The notes under the pieces: model-generated
What the model was told of the DNA's origin: nothing
Seen by the model: the letters and a program-made list of their open reading frames with translations, nothing else
Database searches by the model: none
Translations under genes and position numbers: made by a program
Shown: piece after piece, positions 8,237 through 17,264 of the stretch
Numbering within the stretch: the first letter of the stretch is position 1
Layout of the letters: each line of letters begins with the position of its first letter
NCBI GenBank assembly: GCA_016181265.1
Contig: JACOZP010000011.1
Location: 6,127-70,126 of the forward strand
Origin: Candidatus Woesearchaeota archaeon
GTDB lineage: Archaea; Nanobdellota; Nanobdellia; Woesearchaeales; GW2011-AR9
Direction: 5' to 3'
DNA: 64,000 bases

Positions 8237-8929
8237 TCAGACAATCTCTACTTTCAACAATAATTCTTCCATCCCTTTTTGATGGCCAGCTCCAACGACG
8301 GCAAGAATTTTCTTTTCTTTGTCCTGGCGCATAAGCTGCACTAATTTTTTGACCATATATCTATTACGATCTTGAATCAGCGTCTTATGAAGAGAAGGAT
8401 AACGTTCCCGGAGATTTTCAACCATCTCTTCAATGATCTTCTCTTCGGGCACGGTGCTGAGGTCAAAAGTAGTCATTTTCCATCTTTTCATCTGCTGCTG
8501 CGGTCGAAGAAGGCCAAGAAAGAGGTCTTCTACAAAATGCCAACGATCTTTCCACGTAAATCCTTTTGAGAAGTTACGGAGCGTTGTATGGATCGGCTGG
8601 TCGATGAGGGCAATTTTAATTTTTTGTTTTTTGGCGATTTCTAGGGCAGTTTTCATTTCCGACCCGGGAGATACTCCCACACTTTTTCCTAGCTTCTGCT
8701 GGATGTACTGACCAAGACGAGCAAAGAGATACCCTTTAACTCCAAATGCGCGCAACTGTTGAAGCGGGGAGTGCTTTTGTTTGTCTTGTTTTGCTTGGAG
8801 AAGGGCAGCAGCCCGCTCTTCGTCTAATTCTACAGCGAGAATATCGGGTTGGTATTCTGCCACTACCCGTTTAATCTCTTCGACACTTTGTTTAGCGATG
8901 TGCGATGTGCCAATTATCCTCAGATTCAT
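8237..8929 (-). CDS. TraB/GumN-family protein
   Basis: MNLRIIGTSHIAKQSVEEIKRVVAEYQPDILAVELDEERAAAL...AVVGAGHQKGM matches the TraB family layout. Confidence 0.75.
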   Translation of the reverse strand: MNLRIIGTSHIAKQSVEEIKRVVAEYQPDILAVELDEERAAALLQAKQDKQKHSPLQQLRAFGVKGYLFARLGQYIQQKLGKSVGVSPGSEMKTALEIAKKQKIKIALIDQPIHTTLRNFSKGFTWKDRWHFVEDLFLGLLRPQQQMKRWKMTTFDLSTVPEEKIIEEMVENLRERYPSLHKTLIQDRNRYMVKKLVQLMRQDKEKKILAVVGAGHQKGMEELLLKVEIV

Positions 8930-8998
8930 ACGTATTCGATAACAGAAAAGTATTTAAAGCTACGCTCACTAAATGAGCTAACACGAGGTGGTTTAACC

Positions 8999-9274
8999 AT
9001 GTTGAAGATGAAGAAAGTATCAGAAGCGTACGATTTAAAAGTTTTCACAGATGGTGGGGATTATTTTGGAGATATCGAGGATTGTTTAGTTATGTCTAAT
9101 AAAGTTGCTGGGTGGAAGATCAAAGCGACGAAGAACTCTTTCCTCAGTCGGGTTATCGGCAGCGCTAAAGGCGTGATTGTCCCACACCAATTGGTCAAAG
9201 CAGTAGGCGATATCATCATCATCTCTAAGAATGCAGTTCCAAGCAGCGGCCATTCTGAAGAAGCTGAAGAATAA
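8999..9274 (+). CDS. PRC-barrel domain protein
   Basis: Trimmed to the ATG at 8999. Reads LKVFTDGGDYFGDIEDCLVMSNKVAGWKIKAT...VIVPHQLVKAVGDIIIISKN. Confidence 0.6.
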   Translation: MLKMKKVSEAYDLKVFTDGGDYFGDIEDCLVMSNKVAGWKIKATKNSFLSRVIGSAKGVIVPHQLVKAVGDIIIISKNAVPSSGHSEEAEE

Positions 9275-9437
9275 GCTCACTCGGTCATTATTCCTATCTT
9301 GTCCCAATCATGAAATTTCAAAAATATGTGCAGGACCTCCTGCATTATCAGTTTTATCAAGGAGAGTTGGAAGAAGAGGAATATGATCTCTTTGTAGCGG
9401 CATAATTTTTGTTTCTTTTCTTTTTGATCATTATAGT

Positions 9438-10328
9438 TTAACCAAGAATTCCTCGTAATGCTACTTTCAATAGGTTGTAGCGGCTAACGTAAGGTCCGCG
9501 CTGGGCATCACCAAAGCGAATAAAATTTCCTCCTCGGATCGCTTCTGTTATTCCTTTCATCCCTTTTGTTTCGATGGCATCTTTGTCGATATAGATTCCA
9601 GCAAGTTTTACTTGATCAAGATAATGATGGCAATCAGAACTAGCCACTCCTCTAAAATGGGGGAATTCTCTTTGTCGTAAGTCTTCTGCGTTCTTGTTCA
9701 TCTCTCGAAAATCTAGGGCGTATGGCAGGATGTTTACACAAAAAGCGTTGTGTGTCTCCATCTCATCGACGAGGGTGCATGCTTCGCGGATGAGATCAAG
9801 TTCACCTTGTGTTTTGGGCAGGCGCAACATTCTTTTTCCGGTAATGGCAAAAGGATGGTTTAAAATAGCGATACCTCCTCGAGCGTGAATGTCATCAACG
9901 GCTTCTTTGATAGTTTGATAGCTAGGAAAATAACCTCCTTCCCAACCTAAAGCAAGAAGATGATGTCTTCCTGCAAGAACTTCCTGTGTTCTAGCGATGT
10001 ACCCTTGACCACAACGTGCAACTTTTCCTTTGTCAATTTCTGTGACTTGTGATAAAGGAAGGAGATCTAATGCCTGTTCATAAGTTAGAATATCTCTCTC
10101 ATTTTCCGTCCAGCATTTTAGAGCGAGACCGGTCAACCCCGGAGAGCCCAATGTCTCCATTAGATCTTCGATAGGATAATTTCGAGATGGGTGGGAATGA
10201 AGATCACAGAATATTTTGCCGGGGAGAACCAGCGCTTGTTGCATCTCTTCGTTATCAAGATAAACGTAAGAACTAGCAAGAACTGCCGTGCCGATTACTG
10301 CTCTTTTCAGGAATTTTCTACGGTTCAT
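9438..10328 (-). CDS. secreted PHP-domain metal-dependent phosphoesterase (Tat-like signal)
   Basis: Twin-arginine start MNRRKFLKRAVIGTAVLASS. PHP His/Asp motifs are present: CDLHSHPS, LNHPF, ETHNAF, SSDCHH. Confidence 0.7.
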   Translation of the reverse strand: MNRRKFLKRAVIGTAVLASSYVYLDNEEMQQALVLPGKIFCDLHSHPSRNYPIEDLMETLGSPGLTGLALKCWTENERDILTYEQALDLLPLSQVTEIDKGKVARCGQGYIARTQEVLAGRHHLLALGWEGGYFPSYQTIKEAVDDIHARGGIAILNHPFAITGKRMLRLPKTQGELDLIREACTLVDEMETHNAFCVNILPYALDFREMNKNAEDLRQREFPHFRGVASSDCHHYLDQVKLAGIYIDKDAIETKGMKGITEAIRGGNFIRFGDAQRGPYVSRYNLLKVALRGILG

Positions 10329-10394
10329 TTGTCGATGTATTTTTTTAAAGGAGGTGAGTCTTAGGGAAGATAGTTTTTATAATTTATGTTCAAA

Positions 10395-10594
10395 GAATTC
10401 TCCGGCTAATATGAAACCCTCTCGTTCGCCTGCAAAAAATGAGAAGAATATCTCATTTTTGCACTAAAAAAAATCGTTGTTTGTTTTTATGTGCTCGAAT
10501 CGTTGCCTCCTTGCATCGAGCACCGAGTGCAGTCTGACGAGACACCAGACTGGCTCACTGGTCAGTTGACGATGGTTTCATATTAGCTGAATTC
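10395..10594. other. 200-nt structured element closed by a 20-bp terminal helix (candidate ncRNA or MITE-like element)
   Basis: GAATTC..GCTAATATGAAACC (10395-10418) pairs with GGTTTCATATTAGC.GAATTC (10574-10594). Three internal hairpins lie at 10435-10460 (10 bp), 10491-10523 (8 bp) and 10530-10552 (7 bp). Confidence 0.5.
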
Positions 10595-10602
10595 TCCACA
10601 AA

Positions 10603-10612
10603 ATTTAAAATA
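10603..10612 (+). promoter_or_regulatory. TATA box for the MscS gene
   Basis: ATTTAAAATA is centred about 27 nt upstream of the ATG at 10635. Confidence 0.45.
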
Positions 10613-10634
10613 GAGATAATTATTTTCTCACAAT

Positions 10635-11702
10635 ATGACTATCCTAGATATGGTATTGGAAACGTTGAGTACTTTTTCATTTGGAGCTTACTTTCAGAAT
10701 AAATATCTCTTTGCTCTGGCAGTAATTATCTTTTTTGCATTAGCTGCCAAGCTTCTTTTATTTATTTTTAATCGGTATCTTCAACGGTTCGCAGCGAAGA
10801 CCAAGACAAAGTTTGATGACATCATTTTTGATCATACTAAACGACCTTTGTTTTACTTAATTTTGGCCTATGGTTTTAAAGTTGCGGTTGTTCACCTTGG
10901 TCTTATCGGCGTCACGTTCAAAGTAGTTAATTCAGTGATGGCTGCTGTCTTCTTGTTGGTCATTATGCGAGTAGTTGATATTATCATCGACACGTGGGGA
11001 TTTACGATTGCGAAGAAGACGAAGACTAAAGTTGATGAGGTTGTACTTCCTCTGTTTCATAAAGTAGGAAGGGTTGTTTATGTTATCATCGTATTATTAT
11101 GGATACTTCGGATATGGGATATTGACATCACTCCTTATTTGGCAGGAGTAGGGATCAGCGGTCTGATTTTAGGGTTGGCATTACAAGATTCGCTGAAAAA
11201 TGTGTTTGGAGGAGTAAGCCTGTTATTAGATAAGACTTATCAGATCGGGGATAAAATCAAGTTAGAAAGTGGTGAAGTTGGGGTTATTAATGATATCGGT
11301 CTACGGAGTACTAAGTTAGTGACGTATGATAACGAAGCGATCTTTGTGCCGAACGGATACTTGGCTAATTCACGGGTGTTAAATTATACTAGGCCAACGC
11401 CATCTGTCAAGGTGACTATCCTCTTCGGTGTTGAATACGGGACTAAGGTTGAAAAAGTAAAAGATGTTATTCTTACTGTTTTGGGAAAGATGGAGGAAGT
11501 TCAGAAAGAACCTGAACCTGTAGTTCAGTTTTTAGAGATGGGCGACTTCGCTCTCAAGTTCAGGGCGCAATTTTGGGTTGATCACTGGGACAAAGCATTT
11601 GGTAAGAAAGTTGAAGCGACGGAAAAGATTTATAATGCTCTTAATAAAGCGAAAATAGGCATTCCTTTCCCGACGCAGACAGTACATCTGAAGAAAGAGT
11701 AG
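10635..11702 (+). CDS. small-conductance mechanosensitive channel (MscS family)
   Basis: N-terminal TMs, then GISGLILGLALQDSLKNVFGGVSLLLDKTYQIGDKIKL...GVINDIGLRSTKLVTYDNEAIFVPNG. Confidence 0.85.
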   Translation: MTILDMVLETLSTFSFGAYFQNKYLFALAVIIFFALAAKLLLFIFNRYLQRFAAKTKTKFDDIIFDHTKRPLFYLILAYGFKVAVVHLGLIGVTFKVVNSVMAAVFLLVIMRVVDIIIDTWGFTIAKKTKTKVDEVVLPLFHKVGRVVYVIIVLLWILRIWDIDITPYLAGVGISGLILGLALQDSLKNVFGGVSLLLDKTYQIGDKIKLESGEVGVINDIGLRSTKLVTYDNEAIFVPNGYLANSRVLNYTRPTPSVKVTILFGVEYGTKVEKVKDVILTVLGKMEEVQKEPEPVVQFLEMGDFALKFRAQFWVDHWDKAFGKKVEATEKIYNALNKAKIGIPFPTQTVHLKKE

Positions 11703-11710
11703 GAGACCCA

Positions 11711-12277
11711 ATGACACGCACAACTCTTCTTTCTGGTCTCGTGGCTCTTTTCTTGGGGTGTAGCACTCCTTTCGGTTCTTATCGCAGGCTAGCTGAATCG
11801 GAGAGGGGATTTACACAAGCCGGTCTGGAAATGATACCTTCTTCTTTTTGCAGCTCTCATCTTCAGGGTCCTTATCTTATCCGGACGGTGTCTCGCCTTC
11901 TTGAGAGATATGGTGTCCAAACAAAGCCATCTCCTTGCTCTGAATATACTTCAACAGCAATACTAGATGAGAAATATCGCCTTACACTTACCACTTTATA
12001 TCACGATCCATCATGTTCGTCTTCTATTGGCGCTACGCATGGTACTCAAAGTCTTGAAATGACAGTGGATTCTTTAGTGAGAAGTGGCCGAGCAGTGTTA
12101 GTAGTCAATGATGTCTTAGGCGATTCTGAGCCGCAGCTCTTTTTTATTCGCCAGAGTGCATTTGGAGAATATCGTGTTCCTACTCAAGATGAAGCAGCCG
12201 TCCATAAGATTTTAGAAAGTGCTTGTGTTCTTACACAAACATTGCGTGCTAATTATGAGGATAAAAGAGAGAAATAA
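11711..12277 (+). CDS. hypothetical lipoprotein
   Basis: Lipobox in MTRTTLLSGLVALFLGCSTP. No other motif. Confidence 0.5.
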   Translation: MTRTTLLSGLVALFLGCSTPFGSYRRLAESERGFTQAGLEMIPSSFCSSHLQGPYLIRTVSRLLERYGVQTKPSPCSEYTSTAILDEKYRLTLTTLYHDPSCSSSIGATHGTQSLEMTVDSLVRSGRAVLVVNDVLGDSEPQLFFIRQSAFGEYRVPTQDEAAVHKILESACVLTQTLRANYEDKREK

Positions 12278-12305
12278 TTAAAAATGTCTCTTGTTTCATT
12301 ATTCT

Positions 12306-12500
12306 ATGGTTGACCCGTTTGTCGTACTGGAAGTGATGGCAGCAATTATTGTTGCTGTCTTTTTAGGACAGATTCTACGGTTTACATTCAAAGTCTTATT
12401 TTATACTTTATTATTTGTGCTCGTGATGGTCTTCGTCTTTGGAGTCTCGTACGATGAGATGGTGCGTTGGGTGATGCAGATTCTAACGTTGACGTTTTAA
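12306..12500 (+). CDS. small hypothetical membrane protein (2 TM)
   Basis: MVDPFVVLEVMAAIIVAVFLGQIL...LLFVLVMVFVFGV. Trimmed to an ATG; the track ORF starts at a TTG at 12291. Confidence 0.4.
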   Translation: MVDPFVVLEVMAAIIVAVFLGQILRFTFKVLFYTLLFVLVMVFVFGVSYDEMVRWVMQILTLTF

Positions 12501-12682
12501 GGGGTTTGTATTTTCCCGTTGATTGCAGATCGTCATCGATTAACGGAGGATTTTAGAAGAGGATACTTATCTTTCGGCTTTCCTGAGAAAAATCTTATTC
12601 GCCATGAACGATTGATTACGGCTCTTTATGATGATGCTGTTTCGATTGAGGATGTAGTAAAGCAGATTTCTCAACAATAAAA

Positions 12683-12690
12683 CTTATAAA
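12683..12690 (+). promoter_or_regulatory. TATA box for rfcS
   Basis: CTTATAAA is centred about 26 nt upstream of the ATG at 12713. Confidence 0.45.
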
Positions 12691-12712
12691 CTTCTTCTCT
12701 GCATACTGTTTT

Positions 12713-13669
12713 ATGGAATCCACAATCTGGACAGAAAAGTATCGACCAAGCACGTTTGATGAGGTGCGAGGACAGAGAGAGATTGTGGAGAAGATTCGTG
12801 CGTTTGTGGCGAGTGGCAGCATGCCTCATCTTTTGTTCTCTGGTCCAGCGGGAGTAGGGAAAACGACGCTTTCACTTGTTATCGCGCGGCAGTTGTTTGG
12901 TGAGAACTGGCGTCAAAATACATTAGAATTAAATGCTTCGGACGAACGCGGGATTGATGTTGTTCGTGTGAAAGTAAAAGATTTTGCGCGGACAAAAGCG
13001 ATCGGTGATGTGCCTTTTAAATTAATCTATCTTGATGAGAGTGATGCGTTGACGAAGGAAGCGCAACAGGCTTTACGCCGGACGATGGAGAACTATACAA
13101 AGACGTGCCGGTTTATTTTATCGTGCAATTATTCTTCTAAAATTATTGATCCAATACAAAGTCGATGCGCGGTGTTTAGATTTAAACCGTTGAGTGAGGA
13201 AGAAATTTATCAGGTTGTTGACAAAATTGCTACGCAGGAGAAACTTACAGTCTCTCTCGAAGCAAAAAAAGCATTATTTGAAGTTTGTCATGGTGACTGT
13301 CGACGTCTAGAGAACATTATGCAAAGTTGTGCGGTGATCAAAGAGAGGATTGATGCGGAGTTAGTGTATTCTATGGCTTCTGTGGCGAAACCAAAAGAAA
13401 TACAAAATGTACTGGATTCCGCAGTGAAAGGCAATTTTGTAGAATCGCGGAAGAAATTATTGGACTTAATGCTGCAATATGGCTTGTCGGGTTTAGATGT
13501 GATCAAACAGATCCAGCAAGAGATCTGGCACCTTTCAGTAGAGGATCGCAAGAAAGTGACGATGATCGACAAGTGTGGTGAGGTAGAGTTTAGGATGGTG
13601 GAAGGCAGCGATGAGTATTTGCAGCTGGAGAGCTTTCTGGCGTTTGTGACGATGGTGGGATTGAGATAA
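12713..13669 (+). CDS. rfcS: replication factor C small subunit
   Basis: WTEKYRPSTFDEVRGQ, Walker A GPAGVGKTT, DESDALT and SRC (IQSRCAVFRF) are all present. Confidence 0.9.
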   Translation: MESTIWTEKYRPSTFDEVRGQREIVEKIRAFVASGSMPHLLFSGPAGVGKTTLSLVIARQLFGENWRQNTLELNASDERGIDVVRVKVKDFARTKAIGDVPFKLIYLDESDALTKEAQQALRRTMENYTKTCRFILSCNYSSKIIDPIQSRCAVFRFKPLSEEEIYQVVDKIATQEKLTVSLEAKKALFEVCHGDCRRLENIMQSCAVIKERIDAELVYSMASVAKPKEIQNVLDSAVKGNFVESRKKLLDLMLQYGLSGLDVIKQIQQEIWHLSVEDRKKVTMIDKCGEVEFRMVEGSDEYLQLESFLAFVTMVGLR

Positions 13670-13698
13670 AAGAAAAAGATTAATTAAAAAATAAAAAT

Positions 13699-14601
13699 CT
13701 ACTTCGCACTCTCTTTGACGCGCAATTTCTCTTGGATCAGACTTTGATATTTGTAATCCAACGTTAATTTTACTTGTCGTACTTCGAGTGTCTTTGCGGC
13801 AAGCGCTTGTTTTAACTTACAAACAATCTCTACTTTGCCGTTGACTAGACGTGCTTCGTCAGCTTTGCCACCCGATTTACATTCCCATGCAGCATCGTCG
13901 ATGGAGAAGCCTAATTTATTAGTGAGACCAAACTCGCTTCCTAAAGTGGCCACATCTCCAGTCCCTTTATTTTCAACAGTGAATTTCAATGCGACAATAC
14001 CTTTACCTGCTGGCTCTTCGCTGACGCTAGTGACCGCAATCGGGGCGGCAGAAGCGAAGAATGCTTTTTGTCCCTGCACTTCACAAATGCGTTTATCAGT
14101 AAGATCTTCTTTAAGACAGACTTCAGGGACGATTGCTTGAGTTTGATATTTGTATTGAACATTGGCAAACCAAGTTCGATCTAATAAACCGACGACGTCG
14201 CTCTTGAATTTTGCATCGCTGGAGAAAGAGATAGTCTCTTCTCCTCCATTAGGAAGAAGTTCAGAGATTTTTTCAATCACTCCGCTGTTTTTTAGGGTCC
14301 AGGAAGGGATTCCTTCAAACTCTTCTTTAGAGAGTCCGGTGAGCGTGACGGTAATATCATCTTTTTGAATTTCATATTCTCCTTTATTATGGACCGTTAC
14401 TTCTACTGGAAACGTTTCCGTGTCAAAGATACTGGATACGCCTGCTTCTTCTACTCCGAATGGTTCGAACTCAGCAACTACGCCTTGGGTCCCACCAATA
14501 AAAACACCTTTTGATTGGGATTGTTGCTGTTCACCACCACAAGCAGTAAGTAAAAATAAGCTGAGTACTAAGATGGGTAATAAGAATAATCGTTTGTTCA
14601 T
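13699..14601 (-). CDS. secreted lipoprotein, two beta-sandwich-like modules (paralog family A)
   Basis: Lipobox LLTACGG, then VEVTVHNKGEYEI, YKYQTQAIVPEVC, LKFTVENKGTGDV and LTLDYKYQSLIQEKLRV. Paralogous to 15521..16468 and 49543..50409. Confidence 0.65.
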   Translation of the reverse strand: MNKRLFLLPILVLSLFLLTACGGEQQQSQSKGVFIGGTQGVVAEFEPFGVEEAGVSSIFDTETFPVEVTVHNKGEYEIQKDDITVTLTGLSKEEFEGIPSWTLKNSGVIEKISELLPNGGEETISFSSDAKFKSDVVGLLDRTWFANVQYKYQTQAIVPEVCLKEDLTDKRICEVQGQKAFFASAAPIAVTSVSEEPAGKGIVALKFTVENKGTGDVATLGSEFGLTNKLGFSIDDAAWECKSGGKADEARLVNGKVEIVCKLKQALAAKTLEVRQVKLTLDYKYQSLIQEKLRVKESAK

Positions 14602-14636
14602 GCTATCGCCTCTTTGAATGGTTATAGCTCTCCCAA

Positions 14637-15491
14637 GTGAATTTTCCCCGAGAGTTGAAGACTGTCATTCTCTCTTACTGCAGCCAAGAGAAAATCGTCC
14701 ATTCTCTTCCAATGGTCATATTTACGCTAAGATCTTGGGATGGTGCTCTTGCACAAATTAATCAACATCAATTAAAGAAAGGAAAACTGATCATTGAGAT
14801 TAATGCTGAGCACATATATGGTCCTGAGTCAGAACAACACTGGAAATGGATCATCGCTCACGAATTAACTCATCTCTTACATGATTATCTTACGGGGGCG
14901 ATTCGGAATTATTACTCTCTCAGCAAAAAGTTAGATCGAGCTGTGGAAACCTTAGGGAAGCGAGGCCGTATTGACCCTCTTCACGAAGATTTGAGAATAT
15001 TATTGTTTCGATTGTTTCGAAAGATTTATGTGGAAGGTGTTGCGAAATATTATGAGAATCTAAAAATGGGGGTAACAGTTTTTTCTTAAGACCATTTTCA
15101 AGAGATTTATGAGGATGAACGAAGCGAGATAACCTCTCTAAAAGAAAATATAGGCCTGGTGTTTAAAAGGATTTCTCAAGCCGGTTCTTATTCAAAGCGT
15201 AGCGAATTAATGTTATCAGATTCTTTTGTAACTCTTCTAAAGAAGAGGTGGTATTCTACTGGTTATCATATGGTTTACACCATTCTCTTTGTTGATCGTA
15301 AAACTAATTTTGAACAGGTTCTTCACTTCCAACCGTTTGAATTCATCAGAAAATATGGAGAATGTATGAAAATCAAAGGTCTACAGCCAGTTATTTCTCT
15401 CACTAGTGGCGATGGGATTTTGGATTATAAGATTCTTCTAGCAAGGTTGACTGCTGTTGTAAAAGAATTAAAAATAACGTCCAAAGTATGA
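14637..15491 (+). pseudogene. HExxH metallopeptidase-like gene interrupted by one in-frame TAA (15087-15089)
   Basis: Track ORFs 14637..15089 and 15159..15491 share a frame, and the 23 codons between them are open. IIAHELTHLLHDY...VEGVAKYYE lies upstream of the stop. Confidence 0.5.
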
Positions 15492-15520
15492 TTGTATGCT
15501 TTTTCTCATTCTAAATGGTC

Positions 15521-16468
15521 TTACTGGGGGGTTTTCACAATCTTGATTGCTTTCTGAAATGATTGCATATAATTGTAATCTAAATCAATCAGTAACGGGC
15601 TTTGAAATGCACCTGTCCCTACTACATTAAATGAGCAAACAATTTTTCCGTTGCCATTATTCAAGCGGATAATGCCTCCGGCAGGATTACAGTTAATTAA
15701 TGAGCCACCACTAAATTGGACAGTATAAGCGACGCGATCTCGTTCCGTGATATCTGAAGATGGCTGGCCACATGATTGAAGATCGGAGTAAGGGCTGGAA
15801 ACTTTTCCAGAGCCGAAGTTCTGGACGTTGATTTCGAAGATGACACGTGTTCCAACCATGTTAACACCAACCGTGCTGATGCCTACGGGAGCACCTTGGC
15901 CACCACCTAGTCCAACGCTGCTTGGGGTACATACTTTTTGTTCAGATGTGATTTGATATAATGCCGGGTCGACACAAACTTGAGGACTTGCTCTTGTATG
16001 ATAATTATAACAGCTTTGGATATTGAGCGTGGGATTATATTCAAAGACGCCTTCGGGGAGGAAGATACTGGATGAGCGAAACTCTAGTTGATTTGATTCC
16101 CCGGCAAGATTATAGATGTTTTTCCCGGGTAATCTGCCGACGCGTTCAGCGCAAGAGCGAGGGATATTTAACCCGCCTCGAATGATATTGGGATCGAAGC
16201 CGGTAATCTGGATGAAACAGGAGCTAGCATCTATGTCATGATTCCCTTTATTGTTTACTTCGACAATCATCTCTAATTGGTCTTGATCATATAATGTCGG
16301 CGGCGGGAAGTTTGCCAGAAGGTTGATTTCTATTCCTTGTGAGCCACTTTGTACTTGCTTTAATGCTGCGGCGGTGTCCGAAGGGGCCGGTCCTGCTCCT
16401 TTAGAACAGGAAGTGATGAAGAGGATTAAGACTAGAAGAGCTACACTTAATATCATCCTCTTTTGCAT
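15521..16468 (-). CDS. secreted lipoprotein (paralog family A)
   Basis: Lipobox FITSCSKG, then MIVEVNNKGNHDI, CYNYHTRASPQVCV, GGGQGAPVGISTV, FEINVQNFGSGKV and LIDLDYNYMQSFQKAIKI. Confidence 0.65.
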   Translation of the reverse strand: MQKRMILSVALLVLILFITSCSKGAGPAPSDTAAALKQVQSGSQGIEINLLANFPPPTLYDQDQLEMIVEVNNKGNHDIDASSCFIQITGFDPNIIRGGLNIPRSCAERVGRLPGKNIYNLAGESNQLEFRSSSIFLPEGVFEYNPTLNIQSCYNYHTRASPQVCVDPALYQITSEQKVCTPSSVGLGGGQGAPVGISTVGVNMVGTRVIFEINVQNFGSGKVSSPYSDLQSCGQPSSDITERDRVAYTVQFSGGSLINCNPAGGIIRLNNGNGKIVCSFNVVGTGAFQSPLLIDLDYNYMQSFQKAIKIVKTPQ

Positions 16469-16554
16469 CCGTTGAATAAACGTTTTTAGTTATATAAGTC
16501 TTTTGGTGAATTGCTTCGCAAAATCTTATAAAGAAATAGGCTGTTCTTATTTCT

Positions 16555-16806
16555 ATGGAAAAGATGAAAGTGGCTCATTTCAAAAAGGATTGTATTAGCT
16601 GCGGCGCTTGTGCAGCGATCGCTCCTGAATATTGGGAAATGGATGCAGAAGGTTTGTCCACCTTAAAAGGATCAAAGAAAGTCGATGATCATTTTGAGTT
16701 GGAGATTGATACTGAAGAGGCACGAGCAGCGAATCAGGAAGCGGCAGATGTTTGTCCAGTAAATATTATCCATGTCACTAAAAATTCGCCGAAGCCTAAA
16801 GACTAG
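16555..16806 (+). CDS. fdx: ferredoxin (single Fe-S cluster type)
   Basis: CISCGACAAIAPEYW...ADVCPVNIIHV gives a CxxCxxC...CP pattern in 83 aa. Confidence 0.8.
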   Translation: MEKMKVAHFKKDCISCGACAAIAPEYWEMDAEGLSTLKGSKKVDDHFELEIDTEEARAANQEAADVCPVNIIHVTKNSPKPKD

Positions 16807-16890
16807 TAAAATCATTTGCGAATTTTTGTGATGCCAGAAAAGTCGTTGCTTTTCTGTGCATGAAGAAGAAAGATGAGAAATAGTTCTCGT

Positions 16891-17172
16891 TCATTTCACT
16901 TGGTGCTCTTTCTGCAGTTGATGCGCAAACGCGACCTGATGATGGCGGAGTTTCGCTAAGACCTTGTTATGTTCTTCCATTAATTTACGGATGTCCGTGA
17001 CGCGCTTCGCATGTTTATGGCGGTGTTTTACTTTTTCTTCCGGTGATGTTGCTTTGTAATGCTTCTCTAAATGTTTCTGTGCTTTCTGACTATACTTTTG
17101 CACTTTCTTGTTTACTTTGACGAGTTCTTTAGAAAGGACGTAGAGATAGGCAGCTTCATTGGCGAGAGACAT
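16891..17172 (-). CDS. hypothetical basic His/Lys-rich coiled-coil protein
   Basis: 93-aa ORF with no recognisable motif. Confidence 0.4.
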   Translation of the reverse strand: MSLANEAAYLYVLSKELVKVNKKVQKYSQKAQKHLEKHYKATSPEEKVKHRHKHAKRVTDIRKLMEEHNKVLAKLRHHQVAFAHQLQKEHQVK

Positions 17173-17264
17173 GGTAACGGTGATACTGTTCTTCTATATA
17201 AATTTTAATGAAGATATGTTTGAGTTTAAGTATAATTATAAACCTCCGCGAGGATGATTAATCT

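Noticed and set aside
9311-9406. Small unlisted ORFs: 9311..9406 (31 aa), 12519..12680 (53 aa, TTG start) and 17674..17799 (41 aa, ATG 1 nt after the upstream stop).
   Set aside because: There is no motif and no clear promoter or SD. All are below a size at which coding potential can be judged by eye. The 17674 ORF is the most plausible because of its tight coupling, but it remains unsupported.
10395-10594. The 200-nt structured element might be SRP RNA, a tRNA, or a hammerhead ribozyme (it contains CTGACGAG).
   Set aside because: It is too short for SRP RNA and lacks the helix-8 GNAR/AGCA features. It has no T-arm or anticodon-arm geometry. No GAAA core follows the CTGACGAG, so the hammerhead core is incomplete. 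It is kept only as an unclassified element.
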